DNA of 64,000 bases from Cladosporium halotolerans (lineage: Eukaryota). The notes below the pieces were generated by a model. That model ran no database searches and was not told the DNA's origin. It saw nothing but the letters and a program-made list of their open reading frames with translations. The stretch spans positions 248,001 through 312,000 of the forward strand of contig NW_027191453.1 of NCBI RefSeq assembly GCF_011745625.1, given 5' to 3'. This document shows positions 12,739-25,853 of the stretch, one piece after another. Every line of letters begins with the position of its first letter. Within the stretch, counting starts at the first letter, position 1. The translations under genes and the position numbers were made by a program.

Positions 12739-14922
12739 CTTGACGACTGTTCTGCGGTTAAGGGAGAGTTGATCGGAGGGTCGCTGGGTGGTCGTTGTCG
12801 TGCTCGTCTGACGCTGCTCTTGCCCTGGGCCACCAACTTCGAGATTGAAAGTGCGACTGCCAAGAGAGTCCGTGCGCTTTTGAAGCAGCCAACACTCTGA
12901 CGGGCAGAATGGGCTGTGAGGGAAAGACGATTAAACTGTAAAAATCACGCATGTTGAATTTAAGCGATTGCATCTTTTGTGTGCTGTTCTGACGACTGAT
13001 GTATTGATCTCTTCTATCACGTCTGCGGCCACGACCAGGTCGTTTGCCCGATTTTCACGGTGTGCCTCAGGCACCACTAGTGAGCGGCCTCTGTCTGGTA
13101 CACCAGGCTGCTCAAAATCATGAATTTGCCCTCTTTTCAGATCATCATCGCCAACAAAAAATCGGTGCACAATGCCTTGAAACGGTGCAGGAATCATAAT
13201 ATTCCGGTTGACAAAAACACGTGAGGCAAAAGTGCCCAAGCGTAGTCGAAAGATTGCTAGGTAGTCACAAGCTTTTCAACTAGTAGACGCACTCAGCAGT
13301 ATCCGAGCGGAGGGTAGCACGATACCTACTTCTTCAACATACCTAAAGAGGTCCAGACGAATTCGAGAGGTTGACTCTCGTGCCGGACCCCTCTTATAAC
13401 CCGACGATTCCGGCAAAAGGGCCCAGCGTGTGTCTACGAGCTTCCGGATGATCGGTGGGCTGTCAAATACGGCGGTACAACCTCCAGAATCCGATCCGTC
13501 TGCAACAATCGATATTAGGACCAAAAGCGCGACAGCCAATCTGATAGCGATGTTGAGAATAGCTATTGTGGCCGGCATATGAAAGGCAGAGTGCACGATC
13601 CACTTCGAAGGATGTAAATCGTTAAGGTTGTCTTTAGCCGCAATAGATCCAGTTGGCATCGATACACGCAGCAATCTGACTTGAGCACCACATCACGTCC
13701 TGATTATGAGAACAAGTCGATGTCCACTTACTGTACCAATTGAGCCCTACTTGTCCGCCAGCCCTGTTGATTTCCTAATCAAAGGCGAACATTTGCAGTG
13801 ACTCGATGCCTAGAAACGCCGATACTGTGTTCTTCTAGGGCAAGGAGAGAAATTGGTTAGAAGGCCATGAGCAGGGTTATCAGCTTTGTGTGAGCGCAAG
13901 CCCGATGTACTGTCATGAAATGCTCTTTGCGGTTGCCATGGAGGCGTGCCTAATCTCTGAGATGACCAGCTTCTATGCTCTTTGAGACAACAACGCTGCG
14001 GACGGTTGCAGCAAGGCCATGATCAGACCACTATTGGCAACGGCGAGGTCAAGGTCAACCAAGGTATTAGAGCATAGTCTCGCGTAAAATTGGCGGCGAT
14101 ACGCAAAAGCCGGGCGCGGAGACGCTCCTCCACCTCGAGTCCGGAGGAACTTGCCATTCGTTGTCCGCGGATGCTTGCATTTCACCCGGAGAACACGACG
14201 GATACATGCAGCCCAAGGCAGCGGTACCGAGCGGTTGATTGTCCAGACGGTGCAGAGCATTTCCATTCAGCTGCAGGATGCATCGCCATTTGCTAGCGAG
14301 TATCGCCGTGCGTTGGACGTCGGAATTGTGTAATCCGATCGCTGAAGACATCAAAAGCAGACGTCCGAGGCCGGCCCCGTCACCCATATTTACCGGGGAG
14401 GCCAGCCACGCGCACTCGGTGTGTTCGAAAGCGCGAGGGGAGGTGAGCCCGCCGGAGCTGTCGGCTTCATCATTGTTTCGGCGGCTTTGTAACCAGAAAG
14501 GCCGCTGACCGATCAACTCGTCCGCACCACACCGGCACGCATGGCGGCCGTCAGAGATACAGTGTACAATAGTAGAACAAAAATGGAAGGACACATTATT
14601 GCCAACAGCAGATTTTGCGATCGTGCTTGAGGCAAGTGGAAGCGTTTCGGCGGTGGAAACGGCGGTCCCCATCAACAATCGCTTCTGATCCAAGCGCTCT
14701 CTGACGTCTTCTCTTTTGCCGCCTCGCTGCCCCACTCCACCGCCGCGAGCTTCGACGACGGACTGAGACCGACTCGCCCTGCTCAACCATTTCCCAATCG
14801 CCCGTGAAACATCTGCCTCTCCCTTTACTTTACACCACCACACTCCAACCCAACTTCTCACAGCCGACCTCCACCGTCGGCACCCTCCCATCGCTACCTT
14901 ACCCCTCTGCCACGTCGACACG

Positions 14923-16722
14923 ATGGCTGACACCGTCATCCACCCCGATGTTGAGACCGAGAATGCCGGGTAAGTTTTTCCCATGTCACCCATCTAGGTC
15001 GCCGACAGACGCCGCGAAATGTGCAATGACGCGCTCCCTGGTCGACTTGCAGCGAATGCATTCACCAGCCCTGCCCGACTCGACACCGAGTCATCGCGCC
15101 CATGCAATCATACCACCACCGACTTTGCGCAACACCGAGGAGCAGCCGCTGATATTTCTAATCACAGAACCAAGGAGCTGAAGGACAACACCACCATCAT
15201 TGTCCTCGGTGCCTCCGGTGACCTCGCAAAGAAGAAGACCTTCCCTGCCCTGTTCGGTCTCTACCGCAATGCCTACCTCCCGCAGGGCGTCAAGATTGTC
15301 GGCTATGCCCGCACCAAGATGGACCACCCCGAGTACCTGAAGCGTGTCAAGAGCTACATCAAGACTCCCACACCCGAGATTGAGCAGCAGCTCGAGGAGT
15401 TCTGCAAGCACACCACCTACGTGTCCGGCCAGTACGACGATGACGAGAGCTTCCAGGCTCTCGAGAAGCACCTTCAGGAGCTCGAGAAGGGCCAGCCCGA
15501 GACCAACCGTGTCTTCTACATGGCTCTTCCCCCGTCCGTTTTCATTCCCGTCTCTGAGCGCCTGAAGAAGAACACCTACCCCAAGAAGGGCATTGCCCGC
15601 ATCATTATCGAGAAGCCCTTCGGCAAGGACCTTCCCTCCTCGCGCGAGCTCGACCGCGCTCTCAGGCCCAACTGGAAGGAGGAGGAGATCTTCCGTATCG
15701 ACCACTACCTCGGTAAGGAAATGGTCAAGAACATCCTCATCCTCAGGTTCGGCAACGAGTTCTTCGGCGCCACCTGGAACAGGAACCACATCGACAACAT
15801 CCAGATCACCTTCAAGGAGCCTTTCGGCACTGAAGGCCGTGGCGGCTACTTCGATGAGTTCGGCATCATTCGCGATGTTATGCAGAACCACCTGCTCCAG
15901 GTTCTGACCCTTCTCGCCATGGAGCGTCCCATTTCTTTCTCTGCTGAGGACATCCGTGACGAGAAGGTCCGTGTCCTCCGTGGCATGCCCTCTATTGAGC
16001 CCAAGAACGTCATCATCGGCCAGTACGAGAAGTCTCTTGACGGTTCCAAGCCCGGCTACAAGGAGGACGACACTGTTCCCAAGGAGTCGCGCTGCCCGAC
16101 ATTCGCCTCCATGGTTGCTTTCATCAAGAACGAGCGCTGGGACGGTGTTCCTTTCATCCTCAAGGCCGGCAAGGCCCTTAACGAGCAGAAGACCGAGGTG
16201 CGCATCCAGTACAAGGATGTCACCAGCGGCATCTTCAAGGACATTCCCCGCAACGAGCTCGTCCTGCGTGTGCAGCCCAACGAGAGTGTGTACACCAAGA
16301 TGAACTCCAAGCTCCCTGGCCTCAGCATGCAGACCGTCGTCACTGAGCTTGACCTCACCTACCGCAGGCGTTTCTCTGACCTGAAGATCCCTGAGGCTTA
16401 CGAGAGCTTGATCCTTGATGCGCTCAAGGGCGACCACTCCAACTTCGTCCGTGACGACGAGCTTGACGCCTCCTGGAGAATCTTCACCCCTCTCCTCCAC
16501 TACCTCGACGACAACAAGGAGATCATTCCCATGGGTTACCCCTACGGTAAGTTTGAAGTACTGGAGCATGTGCCTAAAAGTCTTGAAATCTAACATATTC
16601 CTCCAGGTTCCCGTGGCCCTGCCGTCCTCGACGACTTCGTCTCTTCTTACGGCTACAAGTTCTCCGACGCCGCTGGCTACCAGTGGCCTGGCGCGGGCAC
16701 TGACACCCCCAACAAGCTCTAA
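14923..16722 (+). CDS. ZWF1: Glucose-6-phosphate 1-dehydrogenase; introns 14970-15167 and 16547-16606
   Basis: Motifs GASGDLAKKK, EKPFG, RIDHYLGKE and YPYGSRGP (after splicing). Strong C-ending codon bias. C-terminus is PNKL*. Confidence 0.97.
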
Positions 16723-17432
16723 GCGAGATAATGGAGCATGCAATGATAGATGGAGGCAGGACAATACACTGCCATCGATCAACACGACGCAACGAAAAGT
16801 GAAAGCTCGTTCTTTCAGGACGAGGAGGAAACGGCGCTCTGGATGCCCGAGGAATATAAGATGCGACTGATGAGATGATGGTGAAAGCATTGCGACACTG
16901 GCCCTGATGGGATAACGAGGACGGTTTTTGTGGCTTTTCTTTCTTCGATAGAGAACACGTCGAAAGCGAATGATAAACGAGCTTTCGGTGAACAAACAAC
17001 GTGGACATATCGATGTATTCTTCGTGTGCCTCGGCATTCATGCTATTGGCATGGCGGGTACCTCCATGTACAATTGCTATATTTGTGCGACGATCTTCTT
17101 CATCAGCGCCTCACGTGCTGACGTGTAACCCGCCCACGGGGCTACCAACGTCCAGGCGCGCGTCGGCACTGGACCCTAGTTTCATGAAGCATTGTCCACT
17201 CGCGACATCATGTATCGCGCAGCACCCAACTGCAACTCCCAAGTACTGAACATGTACACCTCTGCATCGTAAGAAAGACTCGCAAGCGACGGCGACAGAA
17301 TCCTTGCGAATTCGCGACTGCGCAAATCCAAAGACCACCGAGCTAGCAATGCGAAGCTGAACCGCCCACCACCGACCACCACCACCAAAGCGACTGACTG
17401 ATCGCACGTCTCTCCCTCCCCACCGCGCAACG

Positions 17433-19106
17433 ATGGCCACCTGGACCGGCCACCCTCTCATCCGCCCGGCGACCGCGTCGGAGCCCGTCCAGCTCTTCCT
17501 CCTCACCTGCTCGCTCATCGGCCTGCAGTTCGCCTGGGGCACCGAGATGACGTACTGCAGCCCGTTCCTGCTCTCGCTGGGCATGAGCAAGAGCGGACTT
17601 AGCCTGGTCTGGGTCGCGGGCCCTCTGAGCGGGTTGGTGATGCAGCCGATTGTGGGCATGGTCAGCGATCGGTGGACGGGGCGCTGGGGGCGGCGGCGGC
17701 CGTTCATGGTTGTCGGGACGGTGGGTGTGGTTGTGTGTCTGGTTGTGCTGGGCTGGTGTGGGGACCTGGTTGGGTTGTTTGTCGCGGAAGATCAGAGGCG
17801 ACGAGATCTTACGATTGCGCTGGCGGTAGTGGATATCTATCTGCTGGACTTCATCATCAATATCGTGCAGTCGACGTGTCGGAGCTTGATCGTGGATACG
17901 CTGCCGATTGAGAAGCAGCAGCTTGGTTCGGCGTGGGCGAGCAGGATGATTGGGTTCGGACATATGCTGGTGTATGCGGTGGGAGCGCTGGATCTGAATA
18001 GTATACTGGGCTCGACGCTGTTCGGCGACTCGCAGTTCAAGAAGGTCTGTGTTATAGCTGCGATTGCGATTGCTATTGCGCAGGGAGCTACGTGCTGGGC
18101 TGTGCGGGAACGAGTATTCGTCTCGAACGGCAAGACGCAAGATTCGACGAGTAAGACCGCTATCAACATGGTCAAAGATCTCTTTGCAACGCTCCGAGCT
18201 CTTCCGCCTAGGATCTCCGCCATCTGCTGGGTTCAATTCTGGAGCTGGATCGGATGGTTCCCCTTCCTCTTCTACGGCAGCACATGGGTCGGAGAAATCT
18301 ACCTTCGCTACGACGCTCCCGCAGACTCCTCCTCCAAAGACGCCCTCTCAGACGTCGGCCGCGTCGGCAGCCGCGCTCTAATCGTCTTCTCCTTCGTCAG
18401 CTTCGGCCTCTCCCTCATCCTCCCCTACCTGGCCCGCAGCCCCACAGACGAAGAGAAATCGCCCTTCACCCCGCGCCCACCGCGCCGCCTCGAACCAGTT
18501 CTCAGCCGCGTCCCCTCCCTCAACGCCTACAAACCCACCCTCCCCGTCGCCTGGCTGCTCGCCAACCTCACCTTCACGGCCAGCATGCTCTTCGCCCCTT
18601 TCGTCCGCAGCGTGCACTTCGCCACCATCCTCGTCGCCCTCTGCGGCCTCCCCTGGGCCATCGGCGGCTGGGCCTCCTTCGCCCTCATCGGCACCGAGAT
18701 CAACAAACTCTCCTCGCCCAACCCGTCCGCCTACGCCCAGCTCGACACCGACGACGTCGAGCTCGCCTCCGCGCCCGCCTCGCAATCCACGCTGCACATC
18801 CGGCACCCTTCGCTCGAATCCACCGCCTCCGACCCCTCGAACCCAAACCCCAGCACCGGCGAGATGGCCGGCGTGTACCTAGGCGTGCTGAACATCTTCA
18901 CGACCCTGCCGCAGTTCGTCGGCACGGGCATCAGCACGCTCGTCTTCAGCATCCTCGAGCCCGGCAAAAGCCCGGAGCTGGCGACGCACGCGGACCCGGA
19001 GGAGCACCATGGGACGGACGGCGTGAGTGGGATAGGCGTGTGTTTGTTCATCGGGGCTGTTTGTGCGGCGTGGGCGGCGTGGAGGTGTAGGGCGTTGGGG
19101 CTCTGA
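17433..19106 (+). CDS. Sucrose / alpha-glucoside transporter (MFS, GPH/SUT1-like)
   Basis: GLQFAWGTEMTY, WVAGPLSGLVMQPIVG, SDRW..RWGRRRPF, QFWSWIGWFPFLFY and G.YLGVLNIFTTLPQ, with many hydrophobic helices. Confidence 0.92.
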   Translation: MATWTGHPLIRPATASEPVQLFLLTCSLIGLQFAWGTEMTYCSPFLLSLGMSKSGLSLVWVAGPLSGLVMQPIVGMVSDRWTGRWGRRRPFMVVGTVGVVVCLVVLGWCGDLVGLFVAEDQRRRDLTIALAVVDIYLLDFIINIVQSTCRSLIVDTLPIEKQQLGSAWASRMIGFGHMLVYAVGALDLNSILGSTLFGDSQFKKVCVIAAIAIAIAQGATCWAVRERVFVSNGKTQDSTSKTAINMVKDLFATLRALPPRISAICWVQFWSWIGWFPFLFYGSTWVGEIYLRYDAPADSSSKDALSDVGRVGSRALIVFSFVSFGLSLILPYLARSPTDEEKSPFTPRPPRRLEPVLSRVPSLNAYKPTLPVAWLLANLTFTASMLFAPFVRSVHFATILVALCGLPWAIGGWASFALIGTEINKLSSPNPSAYAQLDTDDVELASAPASQSTLHIRHPSLESTASDPSNPNPSTGEMAGVYLGVLNIFTTLPQFVGTGISTLVFSILEPGKSPELATHADPEEHHGTDGVSGIGVCLFIGAVCAAWAAWRCRALGL

Positions 19107-19501
19107 AGTGATGGCTGGGACTAGGTATCTACTCTTCTTTCTTCTTTTTCTTCCGGGCTACAATTCCACGGCTTAACGAGCATGATAGATTTGGGGGATG
19201 GCAAGCGGCACAGCATTGTCTCGGGTATTGTGCATTTCTCAGGTGTGGGATTATTAGTGGCGACACCAGTTGTTCTAAGCGAGATAGGGGGTAATGGAGA
19301 CGTGAGAAAAGTCAAGCGAAAAGGCTACGAGCTACAACCGACTTTTCGACCAAATGTTCACATTTTCCAATTCGACTTTTTCTCGCTCGATGCTACCTAT
19401 AGCTATTCGTGACCAGTCCCAGCTGGCCGGACAAAAAAGGGGTATCCAGCAACTTTCCCTCCTACATCGATCTCCCTGCCCACCCTTCCGCCACCCCTCC
19501 C

Positions 19502-20895
19502 TCAATACTGCGGTACCTCGCTCGTACTCAACGCACTGCGCTTCATCGGCGGCGGAGGCGGGGGTTTCTTCGCGCGCGACGGCGGAGGAGGCGGCGGCGC
19601 CTTCTTGCCCGCCGCCCAGTCGCCGCCGTTCGACCCCACCAGCTCCTCAGCACCATCGCTATCCCCGTCATCAAACACATTCCCCGCCGCGTACCCGCTG
19701 TCCTTCGACTTCACGGCCCGCAAATTCGACCGCGCGCTCGAGATCTGCGACGAGTCCGTCGGCACGCGGCTGAGCGGGCGCATGGGCGAGGCGTCGCGCG
19801 GCGTGCTGCCGAGGGACGTCGGGCCCTCGAAGCCGGAGAAGGAGCGCGAGGGGATGGGGCGCGCGGATGTTGTGGCGGGTGTGGAGAAGTCGTAGCCGGG
19901 CAGTTCGCGGCGCGGGGAGTTCTGGCCGGAGGGGATGCGGGAGCTGATTTTGGCGGGCGGGTCGAGCGGGGGTTCTTCCATTATGCGGCTGAAGCGGTCG
20001 CTGAGGGAGGAGGCGGTGTTGGAGCGCGAGCGGTTGGGGCGGCGGGCGGGGTTTGGGATGGGGGATGCGGCGCCGGAGCGGGAGATGGGTTGGGCGGTCC
20101 TGCGGAAAATGGTTAGCATTGAGTGAAATGATGGTCGAGGACCGAGATACGTACGATGGCCAGTCTCTGCGGATTTGCATGAGCACTTCGCGGCAGCGGT
20201 CGTAGTATGTGAGCTCTGCTTCCAGGAAGGCCGTGAGATCCGCGATGCTGTCCGCTTCGGCCTCCTTGATGTCGAACATCCTCCTGTACACCTCCTCGCT
20301 GCTCTCCTCGTACTTGGCCTTCTGGCTCCGCAGCTCCTCCTCGGCTCTGAAGTCCTCCCGTTTGCTCTTCTGGAGCTTGACTTGTGCGGTATCCAGCGCC
20401 AAACGGCGGCTCTCGAGCTTCTGCTTCGACTTCTGGTACTCCTTCATTTGGGCCAAGCTGCGCTCGGTGCCCTCGATCCAGCTGCTGGTGGCATTGGCGA
20501 CGTAGGTTTCTTGCATGCGGGCGATGCGCTCATTGGCGCGACCGAGTTGGGTCAGGCATTGGCCAAACTCCGAGTCCGGCTCGAAGTCCTCGCCATGGTT
20601 GACCAGCACTGAGGCGAAGTGGCCGACGGGCAGTTGCTTGTCTTTGCCTTCGCCTTGATCGCGGCGGGAGATGGACTTGATGTACCCGTTTGTCGACTGG
20701 TTAAGACGTTCCATGCCTGACTCGCGGTTAGCTTGATCCTCGACTCGCTGGCTGGCGAGGGAGCATACCCTCTTGCCGCAATTGCATCTCTATCTCGAGC
20801 ATCTTGAAGTCCTCCGACGAGTCGGTCTTGACCTCGCTGCCCATGCGCTCCCGGCCCCATTGCTTGAAGCGGTCGAATTTCTTGTTGACGTTCAT
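19502..20895 (-). CDS. N-BAR domain protein (endophilin/Mug137-like) with a proline-rich C-terminus; introns 20717-20768 and 20100-20154
   Basis: MNVNKKFDRFKQWGRERMG N-terminal helix, then LESRRLALD, EEELRSQKAKYEESSEEV and a KKAPPPPPPSRAKKPPPPPP tail. Confidence 0.88.
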
Positions 20896-23325
20896 GGCAG
20901 GTGGTTGACGTGGGATATCAATGGGTTGTGAGTGTGAGTGTCAATGTTCTGGCAGCTGGCAGGTGGTCACGCTACCAGTCGTGAATGGCGAGAGTCAAAT
21001 GTCAGACGTCGGAAGGAGCAAAGGAAGGAGAGTGAGGGGAGGGGAACAAGGCCGCGGCGGACCAGGGTAAGTACCGTGAGGACCTAGTCTGGATATGAAG
21101 CGATACGAGCACGGGCACGTCACGCTCCCAAGCGGCCGGAGCAGTTCGAGAGCGGCGAAGGGCGGGCGGCGTGAAGGCGCAATGCAAGCGAGGAGGGCCC
21201 GCATCGAACGATACTGTACTTGGACTGCCGCCGGGGGTGTGAGCGAGTGAGTGCGCGAGTGAGGTACCCCTCTCTGTCTCTCCCGCCCTGCCACCGCCCC
21301 AATCATCAATTGAGCCTGGAGGTGCGCGTCGCGGGGCCCAGCGCTGCCACCAGTGCGCGCCACACGCACGCCGTGGTAAGGTGCTAATAATCAGGGGCAT
21401 TGCCCGGCCTGCGTGTCCGGCCGCCGCTCATGATGTGTGTCTGTCGCAACCGCCTCGTCAGAGCCTGCTGCTCGGCGCGAGTCCCCCAACCGCCGTGCCG
21501 CAGGTGTCGCAGGCGTCGTCAGGAGCGTCGTCGCGTGTTCCACCGTTTCACGTTTGTTCTCGGCGCCCGCCTTCCTTCTCCACACCACAACGTTCCTTCG
21601 CCAGGGGTCTGGAACGCCACGTCCACTTTTCCACGCGCCGCCTAGTCGAAACTCTACTCTGCCACCCGCACAAACAGAAATAACACACAAGAGCCGCCGA
21701 AGTCTATTCGAACGGTCTGTGGTGTCACTCCGTGTGCCGTCTCGAATGATGGAACGATCTGCCGCTTCAGCAACAGCGTCGGACCTCAGCATCGTCATGA
21801 TACACTCTCCTGTCTACACTCCCAAATGTGTATTATTAGGCTGTGTGGGTACGCTTGATGACTTGGAGTGACGGTCAACGGCAAAAGTGTTTCATGCGGC
21901 GCTAAGCCCTCGCCACTCGTTCACTAGGTTGTCTTCACTCTGCATATCAACCTTCCTGTGTCTAGACCTCAGCAACAATGGCTCTTTTCGGCTGCACGCT
22001 CGACTAGGATGTCATTCGTTCGGGCATTCATTTGGAACTGCTAATGTCAGATCGCAACTCCCTCCAAGTATGTTTGCAGTGAATGCGGCCGAACAAGACC
22101 AACACTCAAAGATCGCTACGTCGGTATCGTCATAAAACCGCACCACAAGCCGACTTCCTATAAGAATCTTGAAAACCGAAAGAACTGCAGCACGGCTTCT
22201 CCAATTCATGCCAATCTAATACGGCACACTCTCAAACGGCTACTGGCCCTGGCAAACCACCTGTGTAGAGATCTGACAAATTGCTGAAGTCAATTCTGCC
22301 CCCTGTTCTGATGCAGGTGATGGCATGACGATGCCTCCAATTTGTTGATCAGCCATCATGACCTATCGCCGATCTCATCTATCGCAGAAGAAGGAGAAAA
22401 TTTTCCACTCACGGTTTCTTGCAATGGCATTCCAAAAGCCGAGCCGCTTTGTGGCTCAGATGAATTGCTTTGACTAGGACCGCACCTGTAGACTGGCTTA
22501 GGAAAAGCAATCTGCACACCGGTCGCACACTGGTAACGCTCTGGGTCCTCCGCAAGCGTTAATTCGGGCATTTGCCTGTCATGTTGAACTCGGGGTAAAC
22601 CCCTAGATACAAAAGAAACCGCTATCCACCATCAAACGTCTCAATGGGAGCCCTTGAAAGATGTCTCCCGGGCGCTGGACAAGTCATCGTCTCCTTGCTA
22701 CTAGACTAGTGTCCATCCTCGATGTCTCCCAAAAAAGCAGCCTTCAGATCAGGTATCGGGGCGCCTCCCAGCTATTGCTGTTACCCTGTACTGTTCCGAA
22801 CGACCTTAAGCGTGGCGTGCAGAAGTGTAGTCTTGCACACCTTTTTCCATGTTTCGTACGTGCTTACGTGCTTGGGACGATCTCACACAGTAAGCAAAAC
22901 ACTAGCTGTACTAGTACCTCAGTTTTGTGGCACTGGCTCGTTTGCCCGGTTCGAAGACACCTGAGACCCATGATCATCGTCTGCATTCGCCATACTGATA
23001 TCAGGGGAAGGTGTGAGTGATCTATGGGAGTGACGTAGGACAACAAGAAAGTTAGAGCGTAACGTGATCTGCATTTCGTTCTATTACGTCGTTGGAAGAC
23101 AGAGCTCACAAGCAGGACAAGAGCGTATCCATATACCCGCCAGACTCTATGTCGTCTCCCAACCGGTAGTGCGTAGCGCCTATCGGCGTGTACGCACGAG
23201 AGAATGTATTTCTTCTCGAACAGCTTTTGTCTGCATTTTTCGCTACGCTACAGATGCTGCTGAAGACGAAAACATTGCCGATGAAGCCCATAACCACCCA
23301 AGCAACTCCACTACCGCGCACGCGT

Positions 23326-24299
23326 CTAGTCCTTGGTCTTCTGGGTACCGCGGAGCAGACCAGTCCTCCTGGCGGCAATGAGACCGGCCTTTTGACCGGA
23401 GGCGGCCTCGCGCGAGATGGTCGAAGCCTTACCAATGTGCTGGTGGTTACCACCACCGTGAGGGTGATCCACGGGGTTCATGGCAACACCACGAGTCTTG
23501 GGCCAGGAGTTGCGCTTGACGGCGAACTTGTGCTTCGCGCGGCCAGCCTCTGTTGATTGTGTTAGTGAAATGTTCTCCATGTCCTTTCTCCCTTCCATTT
23601 TTCTTTCATCCCAAGGGAAACGTACTCAGCAGAGGCTTGTCGGTCCTGCCGCCACCAGCGACAATGCCGATCATGCCACGGACGGAGCTCTTGACGACCT
23701 TCTTGGCGCCGGAGGGGAGCTTGATGCGGGTCTTGCCCTCATCCGGGTTGTGGCCGATGACGGTAACGTAGTTACCAGAGGTGCGGCCGAGCGCGCCACG
23801 GTCGCCCATCTTCTCCTCCACGTTGGTGATGACGGTACCCTCAGGGACGGAGCCGAGGGGAAGGACGTTGCCGATGGTGAGGGAGGCGTTCTTGCCGGCG
23901 TAGACGAACTGGCCGGTGTACATGCCCTCGTTGGCGATGAAGGTCTCGGTGTGCAGCTTGTAGCGGTAGGGGTCGCGGAACTGGACCTTGGCCAGAGGCG
24001 CGCCACGGCCGGGGTCGTGGATGATCTCCTTCACGACACCACGGATGTAGCCATGGCGCTCGGCGAAGTCGAGAGTGCGGAACTGCGCAGGCGCCTTGTT
24101 AAGCCCTTCGCGAAGATGTTAGTGTGCGCTCGGGGGTTATGCGATCTCGCGGGTGGTGGTGGTGGTGATTTCGTACTGGTGTTGGCAGTGAAGATAGAGC
24201 CACGGCCCTTCCTCTGGTTGCGAATGACACGACCCTGCGCTCGTCAGCATTCCGCTCTCCATATCCTGTCCCATTGCTCATTCCAGTGCTGCATACCAT
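23326..24299 (-). CDS. RPL2: 60S ribosomal protein uL2 (yeast L2 / human L8); introns 24235-24296, 24106-24176, 23550-23625
   Basis: ATG-only first coding exon, then [41 protein letters not shown] and [11 protein letters not shown]. Confidence 0.97.
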
Positions 24300-25853
24300 C
24301 TTGACGCTGTTCCCGGGGCGTGGTGTTCGATTGTCGACGTCGTCTGCAATCTCTCGAATTCGCGGGTCTGGCGAAGTTGGGCTCCGGAGGAATTTCAATA
24401 TGCCAAGAGCCTCGCACAGTGCGGCTCGGAAAGAGCCGCCGCCGCAGCGGACTTCAGCACGTCTGTCGCCGCGCACCACCATGCACCTCATATCTGGCAG
24501 AGCGCGACGAAAATATTCTTCATCATCCTAATATTAGATGTGCCTAAAGCCACCGATGCATCGCTCATAACAGCAGCGGTGTTTTCTTTTCGTGCAGCAC
24601 CGACGCTATGAAATAGCATATGTGGATGCACACTTGGTCAAATGGCAAACTTATCATCATGAAATAACTCAGATTAGGAAGACTCGATGCTGCAGGACGA
24701 CTCATAAAATCATCCGGTCTCAGAGTCTATTTTGCAGCCCGGCTGTGCGAGTTTGGCCAGGATGCGCAAACGCGATGCGGCATGCCGAAGCCTGGGGCAA
24801 CATAAGGTTAAGGAACTGGCCTCAATAATAAAATGCAACGCCGCAACATAAACGACATCCGTGCGGCGCCATCTCTTGAACGCATGGGAAACTGTTAGCG
24901 CATTGCAAGAAGACAATGGAGCACCTGATGTTGTGTTGCCATCATTGTCGCTGTGGAATGCTTCGGATTTTCTCACAACCTAGTCTGGCAGCCACTCCAC
25001 AGGCACATGTTCTATGGAACGATTGAGTGGCTCTATTACTCCAACGCATTTATGGCATCACTGGTAGCTACTTACCTGTACAGTTGTGCAACATTGCTGC
25101 ATCGCCAATGTTTGGTCTTTTAGCCCTGAGGACGATGCAACTATCTCCGCCAATACTCAAAAGCGGAGTTATCCTATCATCGCTCGAAGCTCACAACTTG
25201 CATACCGATACAGAGATCTTCCATGAATTTACAAAAGATCACTCCCTTCCGCATGCCGAGTGTGACCCCTCTTCGCATACCCTAAGACCTCTCAGCGCGC
25301 GTCACGTCAGCAGAAGACATGCCTGATCGAACAATCAAATATAACTCTTCGTACTAACTTCAGCAAAACTGGCAAAGAGCCCTCGAAGATCTTTCTAATG
25401 ATTTGATAGATGTTTGACGGCACGCAGAAACTTCATATCAGACGACATCACATTGCTCTACTAGGTTCAGATATTATCTATCGCGCGCTTACCTTGGTCA
25501 TACTCACGTTCTGGCTGGTGCTTGATACACAGTATCCGTGCTTCGTGCAAGCCATTGCGATCAACCGTCAATAGAAACAAGGAACTCGCCTTGATGCAGG
25601 TGGAAGGCTGCGTTAGGCTGAAAACACTTCAATGAGATGCATTTTAGCAAGCAGCACTCTTGCAGCCACGCATTGCTGTGCTTCCATGTTCTTTAATCCC
25701 CTGTCCCGCCATGCGCGACCGTTTGCGCGCCCAATAGACTTTAAGTGACGTTCGTGCGCTCCTTGCCCAACTTCCACCCTCCACCACCGGCAGCTAAAGC
25801 CGCATCGCATCGCAACAACACCCACAACCCACGACACACACCCAACAGCCACA

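Noticed and set aside
15091..17037. 648-aa minus-strand ORF over G6PD (likewise 28334-29755 over the S41 gene)
   Set aside because: Antisense shadow ORFs expected from C-ending codon bias.
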